DNA of 46,827 bases from Actinomycetota bacterium (GCA_027728645.1 JAQCAA010000001.1:1-46827); one strand, 5' to 3'. Numbered from the stretch's first letter, positions 28,507 through 38,999 are shown. Made by a program: numbers and translations. The notes: generated from the sequence alone by a model not told the origin.

Positions 28507-29535
28507 ATGCTGTACATCGCGGAGCCCGAGAACCTCGGCGACCTCCTCCCAGAGGAACCTTCGTACCGCACAGATCAACTGAAGAATTGGCTGTACAAGC
28601 ACCCTGTCCTCTCCGCCGACGAAATGACAAATCTCCCAACGGCGCTCAGAGACACAATCGGTCCGCAGCTGTGGCCGTTTGAGCTGGCACAAGAGCAGGT
28701 TGGGGACGGCGGTTCGACCCGCAAATGGCTGTTTCTGTGCACCGACGGTGCACAGATTGAAACTGTCCTCATGGGATATGCGAACCGCACCACCTTGTGC
28801 ATCTCCTCCCAAGTGGGGTGCGCCATGGGGTGCACCTTCTGCGCGACAGGTCAGTTCGGGTTCGACAGGCACTTAAGCGCAGGAGAAATTGTTGCACAGG
28901 TGGCGTATGCCAACGCGTATCTGGCTTCGACACCCATTCCCAGAAGCCCAGCACGGGTAACCAACGTGGTCTTTATGGGGATGGGCGAACCACTCGCAAA
29001 CTACAAGCACACCAGAGAGTCAATCCGAAGAATGATCGAGACAATGGGGATGTCTGCACGATCGATAACCGTGTCGACCGTGGGCTTCGTTCCGGGCATG
29101 CGAAAACTGATAGAGGAACCATGGCAAGTCAATCTGGCTGTCAGTTTGCATTCCACGATCCCCTCGGAGAGAACCAAACTCGTTCCAATCAACGATCGGT
29201 ATCCGATCGATCAGGTTGTTGCTACCGCAAAGGACTACTTCGAAGCAAAGGGCAGACGCGTATCTCTCGAATGGACGCTGATCGCCGGCGAGAACGATTC
29301 CGATGAGGAAGCCGTTGGGCTTGCAGCCATTGCGCGCGGAATCCACGCCCATGTCAACGTGATTGCGCTCAACCCGACCCCTTTGAGCACGGACAGACCG
29401 CCGGACAGAGACCATGTCCGCCGGTTCATCGCGACGCTCACGCGAGAAGGCGCCAATGTCACGCTCCGCGACACCCGCGGCCAAGACATCGACGCTGCCT
29501 GCGGCCAGCTTCGCCTTAGAGCAGCCAGCAGCTGA
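28507..29535 (+). CDS. rlmN: 23S rRNA/tRNA (adenine-C2)-methyltransferase, radical SAM
   Basis: 342 aa. CAMGCTFCATG radical-SAM cluster motif and a C-terminal conserved Cys (AACGQL). Confidence 0.95.
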   Translation: MLYIAEPENLGDLLPEEPSYRTDQLKNWLYKHPVLSADEMTNLPTALRDTIGPQLWPFELAQEQVGDGGSTRKWLFLCTDGAQIETVLMGYANRTTLCISSQVGCAMGCTFCATGQFGFDRHLSAGEIVAQVAYANAYLASTPIPRSPARVTNVVFMGMGEPLANYKHTRESIRRMIETMGMSARSITVSTVGFVPGMRKLIEEPWQVNLAVSLHSTIPSERTKLVPINDRYPIDQVVATAKDYFEAKGRRVSLEWTLIAGENDSDEEAVGLAAIARGIHAHVNVIALNPTPLSTDRPPDRDHVRRFIATLTREGANVTLRDTRGQDIDAACGQLRLRAASS

Positions 29536-29572
29536 GCATTATCCTGCGACAACGACATGAAACGAGGAACCG

Positions 29573-30034
29573 TTGAAACTTGAATCAGGAACCCAAGCCC
29601 CAACGTTCATTGCCAAGGATCAGACCGGCACGCTGCGCACAGCAGCCGAATTCTCAGGTCGCAAACTCGTCGTGTACTTCTATCCCAAGGCCTTCACGCC
29701 GGGGTGCACCACAGAGTCGTGCGACTTCAGGGACCGCCATGAATTCCTCGAGGCCCAGGGATATCAGATCCTCGGAGTGTCCCCCGACTTGCCAGAAAAA
29801 CTTGCTGCATTTAAGGAGAAGTACGAGCTTCCCTTTGATCTGCTCTCGGACCCGGACAACACGATGTCGACTGCATTCGGCGCGTACGGAACCAAAACCA
29901 ACTACGGCCGCGAGTACATGGGCATCATCCGCTCAACATTCAAGATCGACGAGCAGGGGGTGTTGGAGGACGTGTACTACAACGTCAAGGCCACTGGCCA
30001 TGCCGAACGCATCACGGAATCGATCGAAACCTGA
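29573..30034 (+). CDS. bcp: Thioredoxin-dependent peroxiredoxin Bcp
   Basis: 153 aa. YFYPKAFTPGCTTESC. TTG start. Confidence 0.9.
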   Translation: MKLESGTQAPTFIAKDQTGTLRTAAEFSGRKLVVYFYPKAFTPGCTTESCDFRDRHEFLEAQGYQILGVSPDLPEKLAAFKEKYELPFDLLSDPDNTMSTAFGAYGTKTNYGREYMGIIRSTFKIDEQGVLEDVYYNVKATGHAERITESIET

Positions 30035-30900
30035 TGGCAAGAGTGAAGACTGCCGTCTTCCCAGTGGCCGGCCTCGGGACCCGGTTCCTGCCGGCTACAA
30101 AGGCATTCCCGAAGGAGTTGCTCCCTGTGGTGGACCGCCCGCTGATTCAATACGCCGTTGACGAAGCACTCGACGCTGGGATCGAGAGCCTGATCTTCGT
30201 CACGGGACGTGGCAAGACCGCTATTGAAGACCATTTCGATGTGTCATACGAACTAGAGGCCACGCTTGCCGCTCGCAACGACTTCGAAACGCTTGCGCTT
30301 CTCCAGGACATTCGGCCTCAGCCTGGGCAAGTGGTTTACGTACGTCAAATGGAGCCGCTCGGGCTCGGTCACGCTGTTTGGTGCGCAAGAAACCTTGTCG
30401 GAAGCGAACCTTTCGCCGTCATTCTCGCGGATGATCTGCTCCATCCCACAGGCGGCGCCCTGAACGCCATGATCGACGAACATGAAACGACAGGCGCCAA
30501 TGTCGTTCTTGTTCAGGAGGTTTCTGCCACCGAAACCAGTCGCTACGGGATCATCGACCCTGGAGAACGGTCAGATACAGCGACGAATGTCACGGGCATC
30601 GTAGAGAAACCCGGGCCTGGTGATGCACCTTCGAATCTGGGAGTAATCGGCCGCTACATACTGGATCCTTCAATCATGGATCATCTCGCCACAACGCCAT
30701 CAGGCGCTTCGGAAGAGATCCAATTGACGGACGGACTTGCAGCATCACTGAAAGACCGGGAGCTCCACGCGATAACGAATCCAGGGGTTCGCTTCGACTG
30801 TGGTTCAAAGATCGGCCTTATTGAGGCGACTATCACGATTGCCCTCGAACGCGACGACCTCGGCCCTCAGGTCAAGGATCTTCTTCGACGTCTCGGCTGA
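30034..30900 (+). CDS. galU: UTP--glucose-1-phosphate uridylyltransferase
   Basis: 288 aa. AVFPVAGLGTRFLPATKAFPKELLPVVD. Confidence 0.92.
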   Translation: MARVKTAVFPVAGLGTRFLPATKAFPKELLPVVDRPLIQYAVDEALDAGIESLIFVTGRGKTAIEDHFDVSYELEATLAARNDFETLALLQDIRPQPGQVVYVRQMEPLGLGHAVWCARNLVGSEPFAVILADDLLHPTGGALNAMIDEHETTGANVVLVQEVSATETSRYGIIDPGERSDTATNVTGIVEKPGPGDAPSNLGVIGRYILDPSIMDHLATTPSGASEEIQLTDGLAASLKDRELHAITNPGVRFDCGSKIGLIEATITIALERDDLGPQVKDLLRRLG

Positions 30901-30957
30901 GCGACCGAGCATGCTCGGAAACCTGTGAGACTGGAACTACTAAACCCAAGGTGAAAC

Positions 30958-32043
30958 ATGACGAAACTCGACCTGCTCCATCAACACGGCCAGTCAATCT
31001 GGTACGACTTCATTCGCAGGGACATGCTGACCGGCGCCGGAATGGCCGATCTTGTCGCGGACGGGATCAGAGGTGTGACATCCAATCCGTCCATCTTCGA
31101 AGTTGCCATCGCAAAGAGCGATTTGTACGACTCTCAGATCGCGGCGCTCGGTGACGTGACCCCCGTGGAGGCATTCGAAGCAGTGGCGGTTGACGACATC
31201 CGTGCAGCCGCTGACATCTTGGAATCCGTCTATGACGAGTCGGATGGTGAGGACGGGTACGTCAGCCTTGAAGTATCTCCGCGCCTCGCCAACGACACGG
31301 CTGGAACGATTGCAGACGGTATGCGGCTTTGGGATACGGTGGACCGGCGGAACCTGATGGTGAAAGTGCCTGCAACGGATGCCGGTATCCCAGCCATCGA
31401 AGAACTCACCGCTGCCGGCATCAATATCAACGCAACATTGATGTTCTCGCTCGACGACTACGAAGCAGTGGCCCAAGCCTTCATCCGTGGCGCCAAGAGA
31501 GCATCTGACCCTGCCATCCTCGCATCGGTGGCGTCGTTCTTCGTTTCGAGAGTCGATGCTTCGACCGATGCTGCCCTCGACCGAGTCGGGACGGATCAGG
31601 CTCTCTCGCTGCGGGGCAAGGCAGCGATTGCCAACGCAAAGCTGGCATATCGTCGATATCAGCAGATCTTCGAAGGCGACGAGTTTGCATCTCTAGAAGC
31701 CGTTGGAACCAGACCGCAAAGGGTTCTCTGGGCATCCACATCGACCAAGAATCCCGCATACCGCGATGTCATGTACGTCGAGGAACTCATCGGGCCGAAT
31801 ACGGTCAACACTGCACCTCCACAGACGATCGAAGCGTTCTTGGATCACGGCGAAATACGGAGCGGATCCCTTACGAAGGGAGTTGATGAGGCAGCGACGA
31901 TGATCAACAGTCTCCCTTCACACGGTGTCGACTTCAATGCAATCACAGCCAAACTGCAGGTCGACGGAGTGAAGTCCTTCTCCGACGCCTACGAATCCTT
32001 GCTAGGGGCAATCAGCTCAAAGCAGACCCAGGTCGTCGGATGA
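30958..32043 (+). CDS. tal: Transaldolase
   Basis: 361 aa. VTSNPSIF and the Schiff-base lysine region NLMVKVPAT. Confidence 0.95.
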   Translation: MTKLDLLHQHGQSIWYDFIRRDMLTGAGMADLVADGIRGVTSNPSIFEVAIAKSDLYDSQIAALGDVTPVEAFEAVAVDDIRAAADILESVYDESDGEDGYVSLEVSPRLANDTAGTIADGMRLWDTVDRRNLMVKVPATDAGIPAIEELTAAGININATLMFSLDDYEAVAQAFIRGAKRASDPAILASVASFFVSRVDASTDAALDRVGTDQALSLRGKAAIANAKLAYRRYQQIFEGDEFASLEAVGTRPQRVLWASTSTKNPAYRDVMYVEELIGPNTVNTAPPQTIEAFLDHGEIRSGSLTKGVDEAATMINSLPSHGVDFNAITAKLQVDGVKSFSDAYESLLGAISSKQTQVVG

Positions 32044-33629
32044 GAATCAGTTTCGCCGGTTCTCCCGAGAATCGAGCGATTGCGAAGGAAGCAGCCCGCT
32101 GGTCAAGCGAGAGGCTCATGTCGCGGCTATGGAAAAAGGACCCAACCGTCTGGTCAAAACAACCCGTACCAGAGCTCGCAGACCGACTCGGTTGGCTGAC
32201 GTTGCCCACCAGCGCCGCTCGACATATTGACCAGATCCAGGCGCTGAGACGCGAGGCGCTCGCCGAGGGGGTGCGCCACATTGTCTTGTGCGGCATGGGC
32301 GGATCGAGCCTCGCCGCTGAGGTGTTCGCACAGTCGCTTCCTCGAGAACCTGGACACCCGTCTCTCATCGTTCTCGACTCGACCCACCCCGACAAAGTGG
32401 TCGCTGCCACCGACTCGATCGAAGTCCCAGAAACGTGGTTCATCATTGCTTCCAAGTCTGGTGGAACGCTTGAGACGCTGTCGTTCATGCGGTATTTCTG
32501 GGAGAAAGCATCTTCGATTACAGACACGCCAGGCGACCGCTTCATCGCGATCACGGATCCTGGCTCCGATCTGGAACAGCTTGCATCTGCACGAGATTTC
32601 CGAGCCACATTCCTTGCCGACCCTGAGGTAGGAGGACGGTACTCCGCCCTGAGCGCGTTTGGGCTTGTTCCAGCCGGTCTCATTGGATGTGACGTCTCGG
32701 CCGTGCTTGCCGCCGGAAGCGCCGCAGCAGCACTCTGTGGTCCGGAGACCCCTCTTGAACGGAATCCAGGGTTTGCAATCGGTGTCACGATGGCCATGGG
32801 TGTGCAGGCAGCTAAGGACAAGGTCCGGTTCGTTGGATCTGAACATGGTGGGCACTTCGGAATGTGGGCGGAACAACTCATCGCGGAATCGACAGGTAAA
32901 GCTGGGACAGGCATCGTCCCTGTCGACGGCGGCCCGGTCCGACCCGACGCATCCGACGAGTTGGTGATATCTGTCGGGACAAGGGACGATTCGATTGTGG
33001 CTGATGTCGACGTGGAACTTGCGAGTGCGGCTGAGCTAGCCAGCGCGATGTTCATCATGGAGATGGCCACCGCTGTGGCTGGCGCACAGCTCGGTATTCA
33101 CCCGTTCAACCAGCCAGATGTCCAGCGTGCAAAGCTGCTTGCAAACGAAGCAATGGACGGGAAACTGGCCGACGTCGCAGAGGCCACCTCAATCAGATCT
33201 CCTGACCTCCACACAGTTGTCAACTCTGCGCTCAGCCTTGAACAGGTGTCCTATGTCTCAATCCAAGCATACCTTGCACCCACTGGAGCCATTGATTCTG
33301 CACTTGAGCAGCTTCAGTTTGCCGTCGTCGGACAAACTGGGGCAGCCACAACGGTCGGATATGGGCCGAGATTTCTTCACTCAACCGGCCAACTCCACAA
33401 GGGGGGGCCAAGTGGATGCATCTTCTTTCAGCTCGTGGATACTCCACACAACGAGGTTCCCATCCCTGAGACGGCATTGACTTTCAACGCTCTTATTGCG
33501 GCCCAGGCAGCAGGTGACAGACTCGCGCTGACACATGCCGACCGAACCGTGATCTCAGTCTCGCTCGGTGCCGACCCGGAAGCTGGCCTCGCCGGCCTCA
33601 CCAACATCGTTCGTTCGGTGGCTCCGTGA
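32040..33629 (+). CDS. pgi: Glucose-6-phosphate isomerase
   Basis: 529 aa. CGMGGSSL and IIASKSGGTLET. 4-nt overlaps with tal and zwf. Confidence 0.9.
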   Translation: MRISFAGSPENRAIAKEAARWSSERLMSRLWKKDPTVWSKQPVPELADRLGWLTLPTSAARHIDQIQALRREALAEGVRHIVLCGMGGSSLAAEVFAQSLPREPGHPSLIVLDSTHPDKVVAATDSIEVPETWFIIASKSGGTLETLSFMRYFWEKASSITDTPGDRFIAITDPGSDLEQLASARDFRATFLADPEVGGRYSALSAFGLVPAGLIGCDVSAVLAAGSAAAALCGPETPLERNPGFAIGVTMAMGVQAAKDKVRFVGSEHGGHFGMWAEQLIAESTGKAGTGIVPVDGGPVRPDASDELVISVGTRDDSIVADVDVELASAAELASAMFIMEMATAVAGAQLGIHPFNQPDVQRAKLLANEAMDGKLADVAEATSIRSPDLHTVVNSALSLEQVSYVSIQAYLAPTGAIDSALEQLQFAVVGQTGAATTVGYGPRFLHSTGQLHKGGPSGCIFFQLVDTPHNEVPIPETALTFNALIAAQAAGDRLALTHADRTVISVSLGADPEAGLAGLTNIVRSVAP

Positions 33630-35056
33630 CCGAGCCCGTCACTTTCATCATCTTCGGTGCGACCGGCCACCTCTCAAGAACGAAGCTCATCCCTGCGCTG
33701 GCACACGTCCTTGAGGACAGGGACATGGGATCGCACGCTGTCATCGGCATTGGAAGCAAACCGCGCGCACACGATGACTTCAGGAGTTTTGTCGAGGAGA
33801 GCCTTGCCACATCCGCTGTCGATGCAGCTGCTAGGACGCGATTCCTCAACGGAGCATTTGCCTATCACGCCGTCACCTCGGACGATTCGTACAGAGTTCT
33901 CGCTGAATCGGTTGCACGAGTCGAGAGCGAGAAGGGCCTCCCGGGGAATCGAATCCTCTACCTCGCCGTACCGCCATCGCAACTCGACACCACGGTGCGC
34001 GGAATCAGCGCCACGGGTCTCGACACCGGAGGAGGCTGGACACGGATCGTTGTCGAAAAGCCATTCGGCAAGGACCTCGCCACTGCTGTTGCCTCCAATG
34101 CTGCGATCCACGAAACCTTCTCCGAGAACCAGGTCTACCGCATTGACCACTACCTTGGAAAAGAGACAGTCCGCAATCTGCTCGTTTTCCGTTTCACAAA
34201 CAGCCTCTTCGAGCAGACATGGAATCGCAGACACATCGAATCGGTCGAGATAACGGTCGCCGAGAGCGCTGGCCTCGACGGGAGGGCTGCATACTTCGAT
34301 GAGAGCGGGGCCGTCCGTGACATGGTTCAGAACCACCTCACTCAGATTCTCACGCTGATTGCCATGGAACCGCCGGTGACCATGGACGCCAGATCAATAC
34401 ACATCGAGAAGGTCAAGGTCCTTGCGTCTGTGCGACCGATAGAAGAGAACGACGCCGTCCTCGGCAGGTATACCGCAGGGACAATCGATGGCGAACAGGT
34501 CAGTGGATACCTCGATGAACCTGACGTTCCAAACGATTCGATTACACCTACGTTCGCTGCGCTCCGGATCAACGTCGACAATTGGAGGTGGCACGGCGTC
34601 CCGTTCTATCTCCGCACTGGGAAACGCATGTCGCAGCGGGCAACCGAAGTGACGGTGCGGTACCTTCGTCCGCCAATCTGTCTCTTCCACGAGGACGGCG
34701 CATGTCAAGGGCATCAGAATACGCTGACGCTACGCCTCCAACCTGACGAGGGATTTGAATTACTTTTCGATGTCAAACAGCCAGGGCCGGGGACCGCCAT
34801 TCGTCAGATACCACTCGCAGTGAGCTATGGCGAGGTGCTTGAGACAGCGCACGATGCGTATGAGACTCTCTTGGCGGAGGTCATCGACGGGGACCAAACC
34901 CTCTTCGTGAGTTCCGAGGAGGTTGAATCGGCTTGGGGACTCTACGACTCGTTACTTGATCGCAGCGACGTCAACGCCTATGCGGCCGGCACCGACGGTC
35001 CCGAAAGCGCTCAACGAGTAATCACTACCTACCCCGGCGACTGGGCCGCCATTTGA
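33626..35056 (+). CDS. zwf: Glucose-6-phosphate 1-dehydrogenase
   Basis: 476 aa. FIIFGATGHLSRTKLIPAL and RIDHYLGKE. Confidence 0.95.
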   Translation: MTEPVTFIIFGATGHLSRTKLIPALAHVLEDRDMGSHAVIGIGSKPRAHDDFRSFVEESLATSAVDAAARTRFLNGAFAYHAVTSDDSYRVLAESVARVESEKGLPGNRILYLAVPPSQLDTTVRGISATGLDTGGGWTRIVVEKPFGKDLATAVASNAAIHETFSENQVYRIDHYLGKETVRNLLVFRFTNSLFEQTWNRRHIESVEITVAESAGLDGRAAYFDESGAVRDMVQNHLTQILTLIAMEPPVTMDARSIHIEKVKVLASVRPIEENDAVLGRYTAGTIDGEQVSGYLDEPDVPNDSITPTFAALRINVDNWRWHGVPFYLRTGKRMSQRATEVTVRYLRPPICLFHEDGACQGHQNTLTLRLQPDEGFELLFDVKQPGPGTAIRQIPLAVSYGEVLETAHDAYETLLAEVIDGDQTLFVSSEEVESAWGLYDSLLDRSDVNAYAAGTDGPESAQRVITTYPGDWAAI

Positions 35057-37501
35057 ATCCGAGACTGACGCCGGCAACTCGAGTCGAAAGATAGAAAGTT
35101 CGTCGTGACGATACGTCAGTGATCCTCTCATGAGTTCCGCCAGCGTCCGGGAAACCGAAAGACCAAGACCGACCGACCCAGGGCGGCCTTCTGTGTGATG
35201 TGCACGCTCATACGGTTCGAAGATTCGCTCTCTGTCATCCTCAGGAATCGGAGGCCCATTGTCTTTGACTTCGATGACAAACAGCCCTGATGCGACGAAT
35301 CCGGTGACGTCGATCGCGTCGCCACCGTATCGGATGGCGTTCGACACAAGATTTCGCAAGATCTGTCTCAGACGGACGGGGTCGACATCAATGGTGACAT
35401 CGGGGATATCAGCCGTGATAAATTTCTCTGTTTGAGACTTGAAGCCGGCAACCACACTGTCGACCTCGCCAGTTACAGCAACCGGAATGATCTGTACCGA
35501 AACGTTGCCAATGTTTATCCGAGCCGCGACGAGCAAATCCTCGATGAGGTCTCCCATCTCCTCGCTCTGCCCGACGAGCATCTCAGTGAATTCCGTCATT
35601 TCCTCATCCGAGAGTGACACCCAGCGTTGGCTCAGTTCGTGGGCAAGGCCCATCACAACAGTGAGAGGGGTTCGCAGTTCGTGGGACACGCTCGCCACGA
35701 ATGCATCCTTGGACGCCACCAAGGCCTCCAGCCGGTTGTAAGCGCCAGCCCTGTCGACTGCTGCCGCAAGAACGCTCGAAACTGAGTAGAGGAAACTCAG
35801 ATCATCAGAGGAGAACACACGTTCCCCGCGGGCTACCGCCACGAGAGTCCCGAAGTTGATCTCCTTGCCTGGCACCATAAGGGCAATACACGATTGATAG
35901 CCGTGGTCGAGAAGTCCGGGAGCGGCGATCTTTACCTCGGAAGCAGATCGGAGGATCACCGGAGCCGCCGACATGTGCGCTCTATCTGCAATACCCGACA
36001 AGATGGTCGCCTCCACTGTGAGACCGGGACTGGCGCCCACAATCTGGAAAAAGCCCTTCGAGTCTCTGCGCATCACGGCAACGCCGTCAATACCCAACAC
36101 CTCCGACACAATATCGGCGAGCGATTCGCACAACGGAGTCACATCCTCGGTCTCGAGGGCAAGTTGCCCGATCGATGCAACCGCCTCTTGCTGAACTGCC
36201 CGTGCCCAAAGCTCTTCTTCAACGTTTCTGCGAGCTGTAACGTCAACCATCGCCCCCTCGTAGAACACCTCGCCCTGCGTGTCGATGAGTCGTGATGTAT
36301 CCCTAACCCAGCGAATCGTGCCATCGGCAGTCTTGAGCCGCCATTCGAACACTGCCACGGCCTCTTCCTCCCGAAGCATCCCGCTGAGCCGGTCGCGGTC
36401 GGATTCATCTGCGTAGAACGTCTGTGCACTCTTTCCGACGATTTCAGTCTTGTCCTTGACCCCAGAAAGATCAACCATCGCCTGGTTCACATGGACGATC
36501 TCGCCATCAGGCCTCGATCGATAAATGGCCACCGGAATCCTTTCAAAAAAGGTCTGGTAGTCAACCATGTTCTTGAGGAGTTGCTCCTCGACTCGGAGCT
36601 GACCTGTTCGATCGTTCAGCATCAGCTGCATTGCTAGGTCATGCCCGTAGTCGACAGCGTTCGCTGAGAGATCAACCCACACTTCCGATCCATCGGCTGC
36701 AACAAACGTTATCTGCTCGGCCTCAACCATTTCGAGGCGATCGAGCACTTTGTTCCGAATCGTCTTGAAACTGTCGACCGAGTCTTTCTCGATGAAATCG
36801 AAGAGGTTGCGACCAATGAGGGACTCGCCCGTAGGTTCGAGGAGGCGGGTTCCAGCGTGGTTTGCATAAGCGATACGATCCTCCACAACAACGATAAAGC
36901 CCGTCGGTGCGGTGTCCATGAGCTTTCGGTATCGCTCCTCGCCGGTCTCTGTAGCATCGTTTACAGCGACGAAATACCGTTCAATCAGCTGGAACGAGTA
37001 ATAGGCGCCAGCGATAGCCACTCCACCACCGACAATCAGGAGGACGCTCGAGTCGCCAGCCGCCACGACAGGTAACTCCGGAAAATACACGGCACCGAGC
37101 CAAACCACGACGAGTTTCGAGAATTCGATCGCCGTTGCGAGGTACGCCGTCGACCTCCCGACCTTGTTAGAGCCGAGCAAGACTGCGTAGGCGACGGCCC
37201 ACATTGCAAGCATCAGCGCCAGCCCGCTTAGAGCCGGCGCAAGTATCCACATCCCATAGGCGACGAGTAAATCGGACGCGGCGGCGGTTTGCACACCTGT
37301 GCTCTTGTTGAGGCGTTTGACCGCATACGGGCAAATCGAAGCCATGGCAATTACCGACACGCCAAAGATCAGAGCCGGAAGCTCGGCGTCTGGCAGCGCG
37401 AGGAGAGTGACGCCAGCTACGAGATATACAACAGCTCGGACGCGCAAAAGCGTCGCGATTAGCTGTCCTCGCTTGTTGAGGGCGGTTGTGCCTGAGGCCA
37501 T
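34952..37501 (-). CDS. Orphan multi-TM sensor histidine kinase with PAS and GAF-like modules
   Basis: 849 aa. N-terminal TM bundle, PAS-like repeats, H-box SHELRTPLT, N-box LRNLVSNAIRYGG, G2 GLGLSVSR. No response regulator gene is adjacent. Confidence 0.85.
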   Translation of the reverse strand: MASGTTALNKRGQLIATLLRVRAVVYLVAGVTLLALPDAELPALIFGVSVIAMASICPYAVKRLNKSTGVQTAAASDLLVAYGMWILAPALSGLALMLAMWAVAYAVLLGSNKVGRSTAYLATAIEFSKLVVVWLGAVYFPELPVVAAGDSSVLLIVGGGVAIAGAYYSFQLIERYFVAVNDATETGEERYRKLMDTAPTGFIVVVEDRIAYANHAGTRLLEPTGESLIGRNLFDFIEKDSVDSFKTIRNKVLDRLEMVEAEQITFVAADGSEVWVDLSANAVDYGHDLAMQLMLNDRTGQLRVEEQLLKNMVDYQTFFERIPVAIYRSRPDGEIVHVNQAMVDLSGVKDKTEIVGKSAQTFYADESDRDRLSGMLREEEAVAVFEWRLKTADGTIRWVRDTSRLIDTQGEVFYEGAMVDVTARRNVEEELWARAVQQEAVASIGQLALETEDVTPLCESLADIVSEVLGIDGVAVMRRDSKGFFQIVGASPGLTVEATILSGIADRAHMSAAPVILRSASEVKIAAPGLLDHGYQSCIALMVPGKEINFGTLVAVARGERVFSSDDLSFLYSVSSVLAAAVDRAGAYNRLEALVASKDAFVASVSHELRTPLTVVMGLAHELSQRWVSLSDEEMTEFTEMLVGQSEEMGDLIEDLLVAARINIGNVSVQIIPVAVTGEVDSVVAGFKSQTEKFITADIPDVTIDVDPVRLRQILRNLVSNAIRYGGDAIDVTGFVASGLFVIEVKDNGPPIPEDDRERIFEPYERAHHTEGRPGSVGLGLSVSRTLAELMRGSLTYRHDELSIFRLELPASVSDSNGGPVAGVGSDYSLSAFGTVGAGRIGVDVAAIK

Positions 37502-38949
37502 GCTTCATCATCGGCACGACGCGACCATGGCTTGACGGAAGGCTCCGCCCCTTTCTGCAAAACGTTATCGGGCGATAAAGCGACCAAGCACCAAGCCGCA
37601 CGCCGCCCCGATGATTCCCAAGACACTGGGTATGACGGCGATCTGTGCGCCCATCTGAGGACTGGGTGCCCCCTCAATTTGGACCATCCATGTGGAGAAC
37701 GTTGTGAAGCCACCGAGCAGTCCAATCGTGAGAGGTCGAGTATCGACGGTGTCGACACCGGTCGGGTTACATAGACATTGACACCCCCCAGAGCGTTCAC
37801 GACATTCACGAAACCGTTCATGTTCACAAACGCGTAATAGTCGATGTCAATGCCAAGAATGAGTTCCACAACATCGCGAAGAGCCGCGAGCCCTGGCTCG
37901 CGTTCAGTGGGATACGTGTCAACCCACTCTCTTGTGAACGGATAGATCGCATTGATCTGGTCAGGGAAGCAATAGCAGGGAACGAACTGATCCGGTTCAC
38001 CGTCTTCGTCTTCGTCCGTCCACAGCCTTCGCTCTGCCCACGGGGTTAGCTGCTTCTCGAGATCCGTGAACGCGGTGGACCACTCACGAGGAAGCGGGGC
38101 ATGAGTCATGTTTCGTGGGATTCCGAAGACAGCCGACTTGGCAGTCGCAGGATCGAACGTGACCACATTGATGGAGTCAGTCCGTGATCCAGATCGGCCA
38201 GGGCCGCCGTCTCCTCCGGCAAGCAGAATCGTGATTCGCTCCATGCCCTCTTCCGGTTCGGTCGGTCCTGGGTCATCACCAGTTGCGGGGAGCAATCCGC
38301 CCAAGTCCAAAAATCGATCAAGGGACGCCCGTGGGCGATCACCCTGGGGCTGATACCGAGGCACCGAGAGCTTCGGATCAGGTACGGCAGGAAGAATCTC
38401 GTCGGCCGCGAACAAATCGTCGGCATCGAACTCAAAAGGACGCTGGCCCTGATCGCCTTCACCAAGAAAGATCTCATCGAGTGCGTATGCAGCATCGAGG
38501 GTCACCTGGGTCACGACGACGTGGGGCAGAGTCACGGCAAGGCACAACGCAGCGACAATCCCCGTCCTCCACCACGTGGTCTTGCGATCGACAAGCGAGA
38601 ATGCGTCTGTAATCGCCATTATTCGCCAGATGACGATGACCAGATTGATGATCAAGACCGACTTGAGGACCGTCGGCCGTATCGCGTAGCCAATCAGATC
38701 GCTCGTCGAAATGTCGAGAATGAAGTATCCGATCGCCCCGCCAACGAGCAGGGGCGCGAAGAACAGCACGGCGCGTTTCCACTCGCCCAAATATCCCTGA
38801 CCGAGGCCAGGAATGAGTGCCGACAAGAACGCGGCTATGAGACCGTTACCAGCCACGGCCACCTCTCTTTCCTTCCCTCTTTTCCACCACTCGCAGCCTA
38901 CGCACGAGTATGAATTGCGCACGCGTTGAATCGGCCGATGCCAAAACAA
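37459..38949 (-). CDS. LytR-CpsA-Psr (LCP) family protein, apparently 3'-truncated
   Basis: TM N-terminus and LCP core ITILLAGGDGGPGRSGSRTDSINVV...IDYYAFVNMNGFVNVVNALGGVNVYV. Homology ends near 37760. The last 100 or so codons read out of frame through the crcB fragment, and the conserved C-terminal LCP Arg-rich segment is missing. Confidence 0.7.
   Translation of the reverse strand: MFWHRPIQRVRNSYSCVGCEWWKRGKEREVAVAGNGLIAAFLSALIPGLGQGYLGEWKRAVLFFAPLLVGGAIGYFILDISTSDLIGYAIRPTVLKSVLIINLVIVIWRIMAITDAFSLVDRKTTWWRTGIVAALCLAVTLPHVVVTQVTLDAAYALDEIFLGEGDQGQRPFEFDADDLFAADEILPAVPDPKLSVPRYQPQGDRPRASLDRFLDLGGLLPATGDDPGPTEPEEGMERITILLAGGDGGPGRSGSRTDSINVVTFDPATAKSAVFGIPRNMTHAPLPREWSTAFTDLEKQLTPWAERRLWTDEDEDGEPDQFVPCYCFPDQINAIYPFTREWVDTYPTEREPGLAALRDVVELILGIDIDYYAFVNMNGFVNVVNALGGVNVYVTRPVSTPSILDLSRLDCSVASQRSPHGWSKLRGHPVLRWAHRSPSYPVSWESSGRRAAWCLVALSPDNVLQKGAEPSVKPWSRRADDEAWPQAQPPSTSEDS
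37565..37759 (-). pseudogene. crcB: C-terminal fragment of a CrcB/FluC fluoride channel gene
   Basis: My translation of a frame not in the ORF track gives GVDTVDTRPLTIGLLGGFTTFSTWMVQIEGAPSPQMGAQIAVIPSVLGIIGAACGLVLGRFIAR-stop (TAA 37565..37567). The GGFTTFST signature is present. The N-terminal half of CrcB is absent. Confidence 0.6.
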
Positions 38950-38999
38950 ACCTGAGCGATGAGGGTGAGCCCAATCAGGTGCGCGGTACCCTCACACTC

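Noticed and set aside
32012-33070. 352-aa minus-strand ORF antisense to pgi, and similar long antisense or out-of-frame ORFs (5000..5824, 15804..16697, 19489..20043, 27057..27650, 32154..32876, 33674..34336)
   Set aside because: They are Ser/Ala/Pro/Arg-rich with no recognisable motifs, and each fully overlaps a strongly supported conserved gene. They are typical stop-poor antisense frames of GC-rich DNA.
34952-35056. 105-nt convergent overlap between the zwf 3' end and the histidine kinase 3' end
   Set aside because: The kinase catalytic core ends at about ...IFRLELPA. The remaining 35 or so codons look like a chance stop-free extension in GC-rich sequence. There is no evidence of function, though the exact kinase stop cannot be verified without homologs.
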